From Felis catus (lineage: Eukaryota), in NCBI RefSeq assembly GCF_018350175.1, contig NC_058368.1, positions 51,337,815-51,401,814 on the forward strand: a stretch of 64,000 nucleotides of DNA, read 5' to 3'. Position 1 is the stretch's first letter. Each line of letters opens with the position of its first letter. Shown here piece after piece: positions 53,001 to 58,837 of this stretch. The position numbers and the translations under genes are program-made. The notes below the pieces were generated by a model that searched no databases, had not been told where the DNA came from, and saw only the letters and a list, made by a program, of their open reading frames with translations.

Positions 53001-56000
53001 CTCTTTGCAAATATCCAGGTTTAAGTTTACTGTAAATGGTTTAAAAAGAATACAGAATTCAGACATTTAGAAGCATACTGAACAAAATAAACAAACTAAA
53101 AAGAGGGTTAGTAGACTCATGGCAGGGGTGAATATAGAAAAGCTCTAACTTTCTGACATTCACTTTAAAAAGCAGCAGCTAGGGGCACCTGGGTGGCGCA
53201 GTCGGTTAAGCGTCCGACTTCAGCCAGGTCACGATCTCGCGGTCCGTGAGTTCGAGCCCCGCATCAGGCTCTGGGCTGATGGCTCGGAGCCTGGAGCCTG
53301 TTTCCGATTCTGTGTCTCCCTCTCTCTCTGCCCCTCCCCTGTTCATGCTCTGTCTCTCTCTGTCCCAAAAATAAATAAACGTTAAAAAAAAAAATTAAAA
53401 AAAAAAAAAAAAGCAGCAGCTAACAGCACTGAGCACCTACTGTGGACTAGGCCCTATACTAAGTGACAGGCATTATCCTCCTGAATTCTCACAACAACCT
53501 TCTGAAGGAAATGTACTTACTCCAATTAAACAGAGAAAGAAATTGAGACAAAGGAAAGTTAAGAAACATGGCCACGGTCATATAGGCACCAAGTGATAGA
53601 ATCAGGACCCAAACTGGAGAATGAACTCAGTCATTCTGCCAAGACAACACATTAAATAAAGAGACTATCAATAACATTTTTATTAATCTTTACCACAATG
53701 CACACTACAATATTTACTTTGCTTTAACCACACATAATCAATGTGTGCTATACAATAAATTCCAGTTAAAAGAACTTGATTACTATAAACTTTTAAAAAT
53801 AACCCCCAACTATGTACTTTATTTCAACTAAATACCTATAAATGTTTTCTTTGTGGTAGTTAACATGTATGCTATAGGGGCTCTGTTCCTCCTGGGACTG
53901 TTCCTCCATAGAAGTGGCTAATTCATCTCTGAATCAACACCACAGGTATTGTGTCCTGCCTTCCAAGTGCCACATGGGCCCAGACAAACAGGGTAACTAG
54001 AGTGGTTACAATAGAAAGTTTTGACTAATTTCTGTTTAACACACCAGGCACAGTGTGTAGGCATTGTTTCACTGGGTTACCCAGTTTAGCTCTTCCCACA
54101 CCACATGTTACAACTGGAACATGTTACAACTGCACACATGTACAACTGTTACAACATGTTACAGTTTCCATGTAACTGGAAAGTTACAACTCAATCAATG
54201 GAGACAGGAATGAAAATGTACCTGCGGGGAAAGAACCATTTTGAGCAGTGAAAGCAAACTCCATCAGAGTTAAGTCTTAAGAAACTCTGGTATTTTGTCA
54301 ACACTTAAACCTATCATATTTTTGTGAAGATGATAAATTCAAGCTATTCAAAAATACTCAGCAAACTGCTATAATATTATCACCTGAGCAAGTCACTGAA
54401 AATCAAGGGATGGTGCTCACTGATAAAATCAGGTATACAAGACAATGTTTTTAGGTAACCTCTCATTTTAAAAGCTGACAAGAGCACCTTCTCTTTCAAC
54501 AACCATTACACCTCAATGTAGTGTAGCAGAATCTTGTGCTTAGGCGGTTCCTTCTACATATTTCACAGTTACTTGAGGGCTGTGACTTGATTATAATCAT
54601 GATTTTCACTGTTTCCCTCCCACTCAGTCAAGATCATGAAATACAGCTATTTGCCAATTATTTTCTGTGGAATGGCATCCAAGTATAAAGTATGACTTGT
54701 GAAGAAATGCCATCCTGCTGCACATGATTGATGGTCCATCATGTCTAACTATAATGCACACTTCTCAGCTTATATCATGACTACAAAATAAACACCAGTT
54801 CAATAACAGCGATGATGATGATGATGATGATGACGACAAACCGTCTTCTTCTGTGTCATGAGCCCCAATAAAGAACAAAAAAGTTGCCGAGTTCTTCCCC
54901 AGTCAAGTTACAGTCCTGACTCAGTCTCTGCATATCACTGATGTCATCCAACTATAAAGCAAAACATCTGCTGCCTTCTAACACCTGTGATAGTAACTGT
55001 TCAACCCTGCAAGGCACTGATATTTTATCATGTCCAATGTCCAATATCCAAATGCTATATCCAGTGACACTTGATGAACTGATTCTGCCAAAGACCTTTT
55101 GCTGTCTTTCCAAGCACAATATTTGTCATTAAGACTGTGATAGTTTTTATGCTGACTACACTAGAATTAAATAAAAGAAAAAAAGTTGTGATAGTTTTAC
55201 AGATCTTTTGACAAGAGTATCAAATATATGTTACACTTGTGTTTTTAGTGAGAAATTAAACTCAATGATACCTTAATCATCTCTTCTCATTAGCAACAAC
55301 ATTCATCAAAGTAACTAAGGACACTACATTTCATACCCATTTTGTGTGCACTGCAAATGGATCTGACCTTGCTCTCTAAGGATAGACAGTGGTTCTTAAT
55401 CCTGATACATATTAGAATCTGGAGAGCTCTTAAGAAAAAACTCTTGATCCTATCCAGCACTGCCCTTGGCACCTCCATCCACCTCCCACCCCACCCCCAC
55501 CTCCCAACACACACTTCCTGAGTATAGAATACAGAGGCAGGATACAAGCATGGGATTTTTAAAGTTCCCTAGGTAATTCCAATGTGCAGCCAGGATTAAG
55601 AACCACTGGGCTTTACCATATAAACAGCAATAATCACATCTTTGCCACAGTAATGGAGTAATTTCAGAAATAAAATGAAAATCCTGGATTTTATTTAATG
55701 ACTAGCGTAATTCACTAATTGTGAATGAGAAACCATATAGGTCCCGTTGATTCTGGCAGATACCTTATAACCACAAGGGAGAATGAGGCAGAGTAAAGAT
55801 TCAAAAAAGAAAGAAGGTTCTTTTGGCAAAATGAATTGGTAAGTCAAGTCTGGCCTGAAAGTACCGTATATCTATCTCCAGACTTGATCAATAAGCCTTG
55901 TTTCAATGGTGGGGCAGCCATGTACGTGAATCACTCAGATCTCTGACAACCTGCTCCAGGGAGCACAGCTGAGTGACAGCCTCAGATGATGTCCCTTTGG

Positions 56001-58837
56001 CTCCATGAGGCCATTCTTCCCCAGGGATGCTTCCAGCCTGTGTCTAAGCATGAAGAAGGTATAATACTGGGCCCTCCTGCCCAATCTGGGGCTCCTCCAA
56101 AGGCAACCTCAGCTTGAGGACACCCCAATGCCTGTCTGAAACTCTCTCAGAACTGCACTTCAATCTAGACACTTCCTACTCTATCCTTCTTCCCTCTTTT
56201 CCTTTCACAGGGGTCAGACCTATATATATGCATGTTTGACAGTTCTCTCTGCTCTTTCCCCTTTTATCCTCCACCGGAGTTTTCTCCCAATGAACCCTTT
56301 GCACACCTAATCCTGTCTTAGCAACTTCTTCTTGGAAGACCTGAACTAATAAAGATGGATTTTCTACACTTTTGACCAAAAGATCTCTCCCTATATTAAG
56401 CAGAATATGGATTCAGCTGCTATAATGAAAGCCAAAGTAATAGGGGCTTAAACATGATAGTTCATTTCTCTCAGGTAAGTATCTATTTTACTGTAAGGAG
56501 CTGATATGGCAGTTCTATGTTATCAGGAACCGAGACTATTTCTATCTTGTAGCTCTGCTTTTCTTAATACATGGCTTCCAATTTATGATCACTATAATGA
56601 CTTCTCCAGCTCCTGCCACCATCCATGGACTCCAGGCAGCAAGCTGGGAGGGAAGAACAAGAGACGGAAGAGTACCCTCTCTTCCCTTTAACAGCATGAT
56701 TCCAAAGCTGCACAAATCACTTTAATTCACAAGGTCATATCCTGCTGCAATGGAGGTAGGCAAATGAAGTCTTTAGCTGCATGGTCATGTCACCAACTAA
56801 AACTCTACTATCAAATGAAGTAGGGAAGAATGAGTATCAGGTGACATCTGGTAGTCTCCACCACAATCAGTTCTTCACTATGCTGGGTAAGCCAAAGCAG
56901 TTTCTCTGAGAGACCACAGGTCTTGTTTGAAAATTATTCAAACGCTTGAATGACTTCATGTTAATATTAGACCAAGATTTCAAAACAGACAACATCAAGG
57001 AATATGAATACATCTATTGCTTATTTTTTTAAATGCACTTTGGGGACATTCATTGCCTTTTCTATTGTCATGAACAACTTTTAAAAAGATAATAATATTA
57101 AAAATATACTAGGATTTTGTGATAATCATAGCCACTCTGATATTTTAAATGTATAAAATGTAAATCAACTTTTCTCCTGGAACTACAAAATCGTTTAGCC
57201 CCACAAAAGCACTCAACCACAAAATCAAGATCCACCGATAATTTATGGGCCACATTTTGCAAAACAGTGGTATAAAAATACTATTTCAAGTGTAGAGATA
57301 TATATTTAGAAAGAAAAAAGAAAAGTTAAAAAAAAAGTATCTTCAAACAAAGAGTACCTGGAATTGACATCTCCATGTCCTAGCTGCCCGTGCTGCCCAT
57401 ATCCAAATGTGTAGACATCTCCATTTTCCATTAAAACCACTGAAACCAATATACAGACCTTTATGTTTTTTCATTATATGCATTTTATATTTTTACCACA
57501 ATACTGAAAGCAGTATAATATTCACTAAAATAGAAAGCTATTAAAAATGGGTAATTGACATCAACTGATGAATAAAGAATATGTGCTATACATATTTAAT
57601 GGAATATTACTCAGCCATAAAAAAGAATGAAATCTTGCCATTTGAACAACGTGGATGGAGCTAAAGAGTATAATGCTAAGTGAAATAAGTCAGTCAGAGA
57701 AAGACAAATACCATATGATTTCACTCACATGTGGAATTTAAGAAACAAATGAACAAAGGGAAATGAGAGAGAGAGAAATCAAGAAACAGACTCTTAACTC
57801 CAGAGAACAAACTGATAGCTACCAGAGGAGAGGTGGGTGGAAGGATGGGTGAAATAGGTGATGGGGGTTAAGAGGTGCACTTGTCATATGAGCACCATGT
57901 GATTAAAGTAAAAACTTTTAAAAAATGGATAACTGAATCACAATTTATATTTAGTAAGATAACATAATTTTAGTTCTGTAAAATATTTTTGTAGGTTATA
58001 AAAATGCATAATGTTTTTCTTAAATCATTTAAAATTTTTATAAAGGCCCTTTAATAACATTAATATTTAATAAGGAATAGGTTTGGACCAACTGTAAAAC
58101 CTTTTTAATAATGAGTAGAAAATTCCACAGAAAATATTGTTCTCTTACATCTAGGATGATTATAGGTAGCAGATGAGTTTGAGCTTTGTACAATCATGCA
58201 CAACATCAATGAAATGTCAGAACTTTAATATCTGTCAATGCCTTATCAAATAAGGAAATATATTTAGTACCAAAGAAATAATTTAACATTTTTTATTTTT
58301 ATTAAGGTTGAATAGTACAATCTAGGCAATACAGGTCACGTGTCAATAACTGACCAAGAATTTAATGATTTTCTACATTTTAAAAAAATAAAGAAATTTG
58401 TTGATACATATTTTTCATCGAACAGTAACAAAACATGGGATTAGGTTATAAAAAAACACAGGCTCCTAGAGTCCAGAGAGATTTTAGAGATTATTTCATC
58501 TTCAGGAGTTTCATTAATTGAATTATAACACAAGTCCATCAGAAGATAGATTTTAAAAGAGTCTGTAATAAATACAAAATTTTTATAGATTTGAGAGAAA
58601 CTGCCAAACTACTGCTTTTAACATACACTTAATAGACTACATTTGTCAAAACTAAGCAAATAAGTTACTTAGCACAATTGTAAAAATGCATTTATACCCT
58701 AAAGTTCCAGCTGCTACCTGAATGATGAAATCCACAGCTGACTTGTACCGCCCGGAGCTCACAGTCAAATCGCACGGAGCCTGGAGGATATGTTGTGATT
58801 TTGCTTGCATCCTTTTCTCCTCGTTCTCCACTTCCAT
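1..58837 (-). CDS. MYCBP2: MYCBP2 (PAM/PHR1) E3 ubiquitin ligase, internal part of a spliced CDS (17 exons in window; gene extends beyond both edges)
   Basis: 17 exons with GT-AG sites splice in phase into one ORF from [20 protein letters not shown]...[32 protein letters not shown] (RCC1 repeats) through [22 protein letters not shown] (PHR1) to [25 protein letters not shown] (PHR2). This matches MYCBP2 as I recall it. Confidence 0.97.
1622..1844 (+). mobile_element. Young feline CanSINE (SINEC_Fc)
   Basis: tRNA-derived head GGGGCGCCTGGGTGGCGCAGTCGG, CT repeat, poly(A); 17-bp TSD AAAAATAATGTTATTTT at 1605-1621 / 1845-1861. Confidence 0.95.
2009..2120 (+). mobile_element. Older short CanSINE
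   Basis: GGGGTGCCTGGCTGGCTCAG head with A-rich tail. Confidence 0.8.
2562..2753 (-). CDS. MYCBP2: MYCBP2 exon, 192 nt: [64 protein letters not shown]
   Basis: atcacag|AGT...GAG|gtgatg; phase 0 to 0. Confidence 0.95.
2934..3173 (-). mobile_element. Feline CanSINE
   Basis: Reverse-oriented SINEC; 16-bp TSD TTACTGTTCTTTTTTC at 2918-2933 / 3174-3189. Confidence 0.95.
4147..4312 (-). mobile_element. CanSINE
   Basis: Reverse SINEC; TSD CAACAGCTTTC. Confidence 0.85.
4378..5775 (+). mobile_element. 5'-truncated carnivore/felid LINE-1 (ORF2 3' end plus 3'UTR)
   Basis: ORF2 C-terminal peptides ([31 protein letters not shown]); A-rich tail; 15-bp TSD AAATAATCTTCCATC at 4363-4377 / 5776-5790. Confidence 0.93.
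6290..6517 (-). mobile_element. CanSINE
   Basis: Reverse SINEC ending ...CCCAGGCACCCC. Confidence 0.9.
6830..7043 (+). mobile_element. CanSINE
   Basis: SINEC head, CT region, A tail. Confidence 0.9.
8428..8476. repeat. Short tandem repeat with an ~11-bp unit (TGTGAATAATA)
   Basis: 4-5 degenerate copies. Confidence 0.8.
8708..8929 (-). CDS. MYCBP2: MYCBP2 exon, 222 nt: [74 protein letters not shown]
   Basis: ttttaaag|GAT...CAG|gtaggt; phase 0 to 0. Confidence 0.95.
9730..10050 (+). mobile_element. Old L1 (L1MA/L1MB-like) 3' end
   Basis: ATGAACCTGGAGAACA...GTGAAATAAGCCAG...AAAGTTTCAGTTATG motifs. Confidence 0.7.
10200..12020 (-). mobile_element. Old L1 ORF2 fragment (L1M-type), interrupted by a SINE
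   Basis: Degenerate L1 ORF2 in reverse, e.g. ORF 11657..11842 [18 protein letters not shown]...KIDHMLSHK (endonuclease remnant). Confidence 0.75.
11300..11471 (+). mobile_element. CanSINE inside an old L1
   Basis: SINEC head and tail. Confidence 0.85.
12401..12675 (-). CDS. MYCBP2: MYCBP2 exon, 275 nt: (A)[30 protein letters not shown]...[19 protein letters not shown]
   Basis: ccctcaaag|CT ACC...CAG|gtaatt; overlaps ORF 12392..12775. Confidence 0.95.
13177..13369 (-). CDS. MYCBP2: MYCBP2 exon, 193 nt: [64 protein letters not shown]
   Basis: gattag|GAA TGT...TCA G|gtatga; overlaps ORF 13154..13351. Confidence 0.95.
13628..13827 (-). mobile_element. CanSINE
   Basis: Reverse SINEC; TSD TAAAAATACATT. 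Confidence 0.9.
14964..15060 (-). CDS. MYCBP2: MYCBP2 exon, 97 nt: [32 protein letters not shown]
   Basis: ctttcag|A CTT...GTG|gtaagc; overlaps ORF 14907..15125. Confidence 0.95.
16075..16158 (-). CDS. MYCBP2: MYCBP2 exon, 84 nt: [27 protein letters not shown](R), end of PHR domain 1
   Basis: ttcttag|G GTT...TAC AG|gtattt; NGTxVxxGQIP PHR C-terminal motif. Confidence 0.95.
16840..17055 (+). mobile_element. MIR SINE
   Basis: MIR core (GCAAATCACTTCACTTTCTG...GTTGAGG...AAATGAG). Confidence 0.65.
17513..17647 (-). CDS. MYCBP2: MYCBP2 exon, 135 nt: [44 protein letters not shown](G), PHR domain 1
   Basis: ttctctcag|A GAA...GAC GG|gtaagc. Confidence 0.95.
17720..17941 (-). mobile_element. CanSINE
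   Basis: Reverse SINEC about 75 nt upstream of the exon acceptor at 17647. Confidence 0.9.
18041..18495 (+). mobile_element. Two tandem or nested CanSINEs (second begins about 18239 and contains (TG)n)
   Basis: Two SINEC heads; AAAAGTCT flanks the pair. Confidence 0.9.
18515..19050 (+). mobile_element. LINE-1 3' fragment (carnivore L1)
   Basis: CCAAATGTCCATCAACTGA...GAATGAAATCTTGCCATTTGC..., G-rich 3'UTR and A-rich tail. Confidence 0.85.
19081..19200 (+). mobile_element. Older short CanSINE
   Basis: GGTGTCTGGCTGGCTCAG head with A tail. Confidence 0.8.
19445..19680 (+). mobile_element. MIR SINE
   Basis: TGTGTGACCTTGGGCAAATTA...CTCAGTTTCTTCATCTGAAAATAGGGATG. Confidence 0.8.
21026..21117 (-). 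CDS. MYCBP2: MYCBP2 exon, 92 nt: [30 protein letters not shown](R), PHR domain 1
   Basis: ttccccag|CTG...GCC AG|gtaatg. Confidence 0.95.
21259..21461 (-). mobile_element. CanSINE
   Basis: Reverse SINEC; TSD AGAATGC(A/C)TGCTTTT. Confidence 0.9.
22690..24720 (+). mobile_element. LINE-2 relics
   Basis: TTCAACAAATATTT..., GATGATTCCAAGATTTCTGGC, TTGACAAGAGCAGTTTTGGTGGAGTGG motifs; strand denotes the purine-rich reading and is tentative. Confidence 0.6.
22827..23044 (-). mobile_element. Feline CanSINE inside an L2 relic
   Basis: 15-bp TSD GGGAGAGGATTGTTT at 22812-22826 / 23045-23059. Confidence 0.95.
25215..25340. repeat. Low-complexity CT-rich tract followed by (TATG)n(TATC)n
   Basis: Directly visible. 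Confidence 0.9.
25565..25782 (-). mobile_element. CanSINE
   Basis: TSD AATTTTTAGATATTA. Confidence 0.9.
25917..26121 (+). mobile_element. CanSINE
   Basis: TSD AAAGGCAAAATCAGATT. Confidence 0.9.
26380..26581 (-). mobile_element. CanSINE
   Basis: Reverse SINEC. Confidence 0.85.
26954..27081 (-). CDS. MYCBP2: MYCBP2 exon, 128 nt: (S)[45 protein letters not shown] domain 1
   Basis: ctttag|GT CAT...AAG|gtaagc; overlaps ORF 26843..27094. Confidence 0.96.
27168..27293 (-). CDS. MYCBP2: MYCBP2 exon, 126 nt: (G)[41 protein letters not shown]
   Basis: ttttag|GT TGC...GAA A|gtatgt. Confidence 0.95.
27835..28056 (+). mobile_element. Young feline CanSINE (SINEC_Fc)
   Basis: CpG-rich head, poly(A); TSD AAAAAAAGAAAGAATA. 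Confidence 0.95.
28484..28656 (-). CDS. MYCBP2: MYCBP2 exon, 173 nt: [57 protein letters not shown]
   Basis: ttcttgaag|G TTT CGA...CTA G|gtaggg. Confidence 0.95.
28716..28940 (+). mobile_element. Young feline CanSINE (SINEC_Fc)
   Basis: CpG-rich head, poly(A); about 60 nt from the exon acceptor at 28656. Confidence 0.95.
30255..30725 (+). mobile_element. Old L1 (L1MB-like) 3' end
   Basis: AAATGTGGTA...ATGGAATGTTATT...ATACTGTATGATTCCACTTATAT motifs. Confidence 0.7.
30976..31200 (-). mobile_element. CanSINE
   Basis: Reverse SINEC; degenerate TSD ATATCTG(TG/CA)AATTTA. Confidence 0.9.
31357..31530 (-). mobile_element. CanSINE with internal deletion
   Basis: Reverse SINEC head and tail. Confidence 0.85.
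31819..32032 (+). mobile_element. Young feline CanSINE (SINEC_Fc)
   Basis: Perfect 18-bp TSD AAAAGTGATATTACTTGT at 31801-31818 / 32033-32050. Confidence 0.95.
32485..32701 (+). mobile_element. CanSINE
   Basis: TSD AATTTAAACTT. Confidence 0.9.
32780..34030. mobile_element. LINE-2 relic (pyrimidine-rich on plus strand)
   Basis: AACATGTCAAAAACAGAA, TGGGAATCATCCTTGA, CACACTGGCTTTTTTC motifs. Confidence 0.6.
34582..34803 (+). mobile_element. Young feline CanSINE (SINEC_Fc)
   Basis: 16-bp TSD AAAAATACATGCATTT at 34565-34580 / 34804-34819. Confidence 0.95.
34836..35096 (+). mobile_element. CanSINE with (TG)n(TC)n; tail interrupted by L1
   Basis: SINEC head; remainder of the tail (AAACGTTAAAAAATTTTTTTAAAAAT) resumes near 40525. 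Confidence 0.9.
35097..40516 (+). mobile_element. Near-full-length feline LINE-1 (L1_Fc-like), antisense to MYCBP2, inactive
   Basis: Partial 5'UTR; ORF1 from ATG at 35530 to 36423; ORF2 from about 36471 to 40298 with endonuclease (NVNGLN, LQETH, GDFN) and RT (QGCPLS-like, LFADDMI) motifs, broken by many stops and frameshifts; G-rich 3'UTR with AATAAA; TSD AAATGAA(T/C)AAA at 35086-35096 / 40517-40527. Confidence 0.95.
42215..42450 (-). mobile_element. MIR SINE
   Basis: AACAATCTATGAGGTAGGTACTATTATCATTCC...ATGAG. Confidence 0.75.
42587..42740 (-). CDS. MYCBP2: MYCBP2 exon, 154 nt: (G)[50 protein letters not shown](R)
   Basis: ttcctcaag|GC TTG...TGG AG|gtaagc. Confidence 0.95.
43342..43546 (-). 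CDS. MYCBP2: MYCBP2 exon, 205 nt: [68 protein letters not shown]
   Basis: ttttag|AAA GGA...ATA G|gtaata; overlaps ORF 43295..43522. Confidence 0.95.
45390..48285 (+). mobile_element. Old L1 (L1MC/L1MD-like) 3' region, fragmented, hosting a foreign insert at 46169-46631
   Basis: Degenerate ORF2 end (TGTTGGCAAAGCTGTGGAGAAACAGG) followed by long L1M 3'UTR-like sequence. Confidence 0.6.
48286..48476 (-). mobile_element. CanSINE
   Basis: Reverse SINEC; TSD AAAAGATT(C/T)TTT. Confidence 0.9.
49178..49295 (-). CDS. MYCBP2: MYCBP2 exon, 118 nt: [42 protein letters not shown]1 repeat
   Basis: poly-T...cctag|G GGA TGT...TCT|gtaagg; phases match both neighbours. Confidence 0.95.
49765..50020 (+). mobile_element. 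MIR SINE
   Basis: GACTTTAAGCAAGTTACT...AGTTTTCTCTTCTATAACATGGAGGATAGTA. Confidence 0.75.
51335..51559 (-). mobile_element. CanSINE inserted in a probable hAT MITE relic (about 51240-51680)
   Basis: 14-bp TSD ATAAGCCAACTTTT at 51321-51334 / 51560-51573. Confidence 0.9.
53182..53407 (+). mobile_element. Young feline CanSINE (SINEC_Fc)
   Basis: 15-bp TSD AAAAAGCAGCAGCTA at 53167-53181 / 53408-53422. Confidence 0.95.
53425..53640 (-). mobile_element. MIR SINE
   Basis: TGAGCACCTACTGTG...CTCACAACAACC...GAAATTGAGAC. Confidence 0.7.
54400..55140 (-). mobile_element. Fossil hAT-Charlie/Buster-type transposase fragment
   Basis: Minus-strand translation gives, in the correct order, FAL*LDD (54943-54963), DGPSIM (54723-54740), FHRK*LA (54652-54672) and [18 protein letters not shown] (54482-54538), resembling Charlie-family FALQLDES / TDGAxxM / HCxIHRExLA / LLxHTEVRWLSRGKVL. 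Confidence 0.75.
55387..55608. mobile_element. MER5-like hAT-Charlie MITE
   Basis: Perfect 18-bp terminal inverted repeat CAGTGGTTCTTAATCCTG / CAGGATTAAGAACCACTG. Confidence 0.85.
55905..56352 (-). mobile_element. ERVL-type solo LTR (LTR33/LTR16-like)
   Basis: Reverse complement begins TATTAGTTCAGGTCTTCCAAGAAG...GGATTAGGTGTGCAAAGG...ATTGGGAGAAAC, resembling LTR33 as recalled. Confidence 0.6.
56390..56866 (-). mobile_element. MaLR (MLT1-type) LTR relic
   Basis: CAGCTGCTATAA...GGCTTAAAC...TTCATTTCTCTCA and GGTCATATCCTGCTGCAATGGAGG motifs. Confidence 0.5.
57358..57439 (-). CDS. MYCBP2: MYCBP2 exon, 82 nt: (V)[26 protein letters not shown](R), RCC1 repeat
   Basis: tttcag|TG...TCCAG|gtactc; canonical RCC1 motif GxVYTFGxGxxGQLG. 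Confidence 0.95.
57559..57920 (+). mobile_element. LINE-1 3' fragment (carnivore L1)
   Basis: L1 3' end sequence; degenerate TSD AAAAATGG(G/A)TAA(T/C)TGA at 57543-57558 / 57921-57936. Confidence 0.85.
58718..58837 (-). CDS. MYCBP2: MYCBP2 exon, 120 nt: (D)[39 protein letters not shown]
   Basis: acttacag|AT...TCAG|gtagca; phase 1 to 1. The listed ORF 58652..58837 is the wrong frame. Confidence 0.95.

Noticed and set aside
54071..54192. CRISPR-like repeat-spacer array
   Set aside because: Eukaryotic intron; repeats are about 14 bp, irregular, and lack unique spacers of constant length
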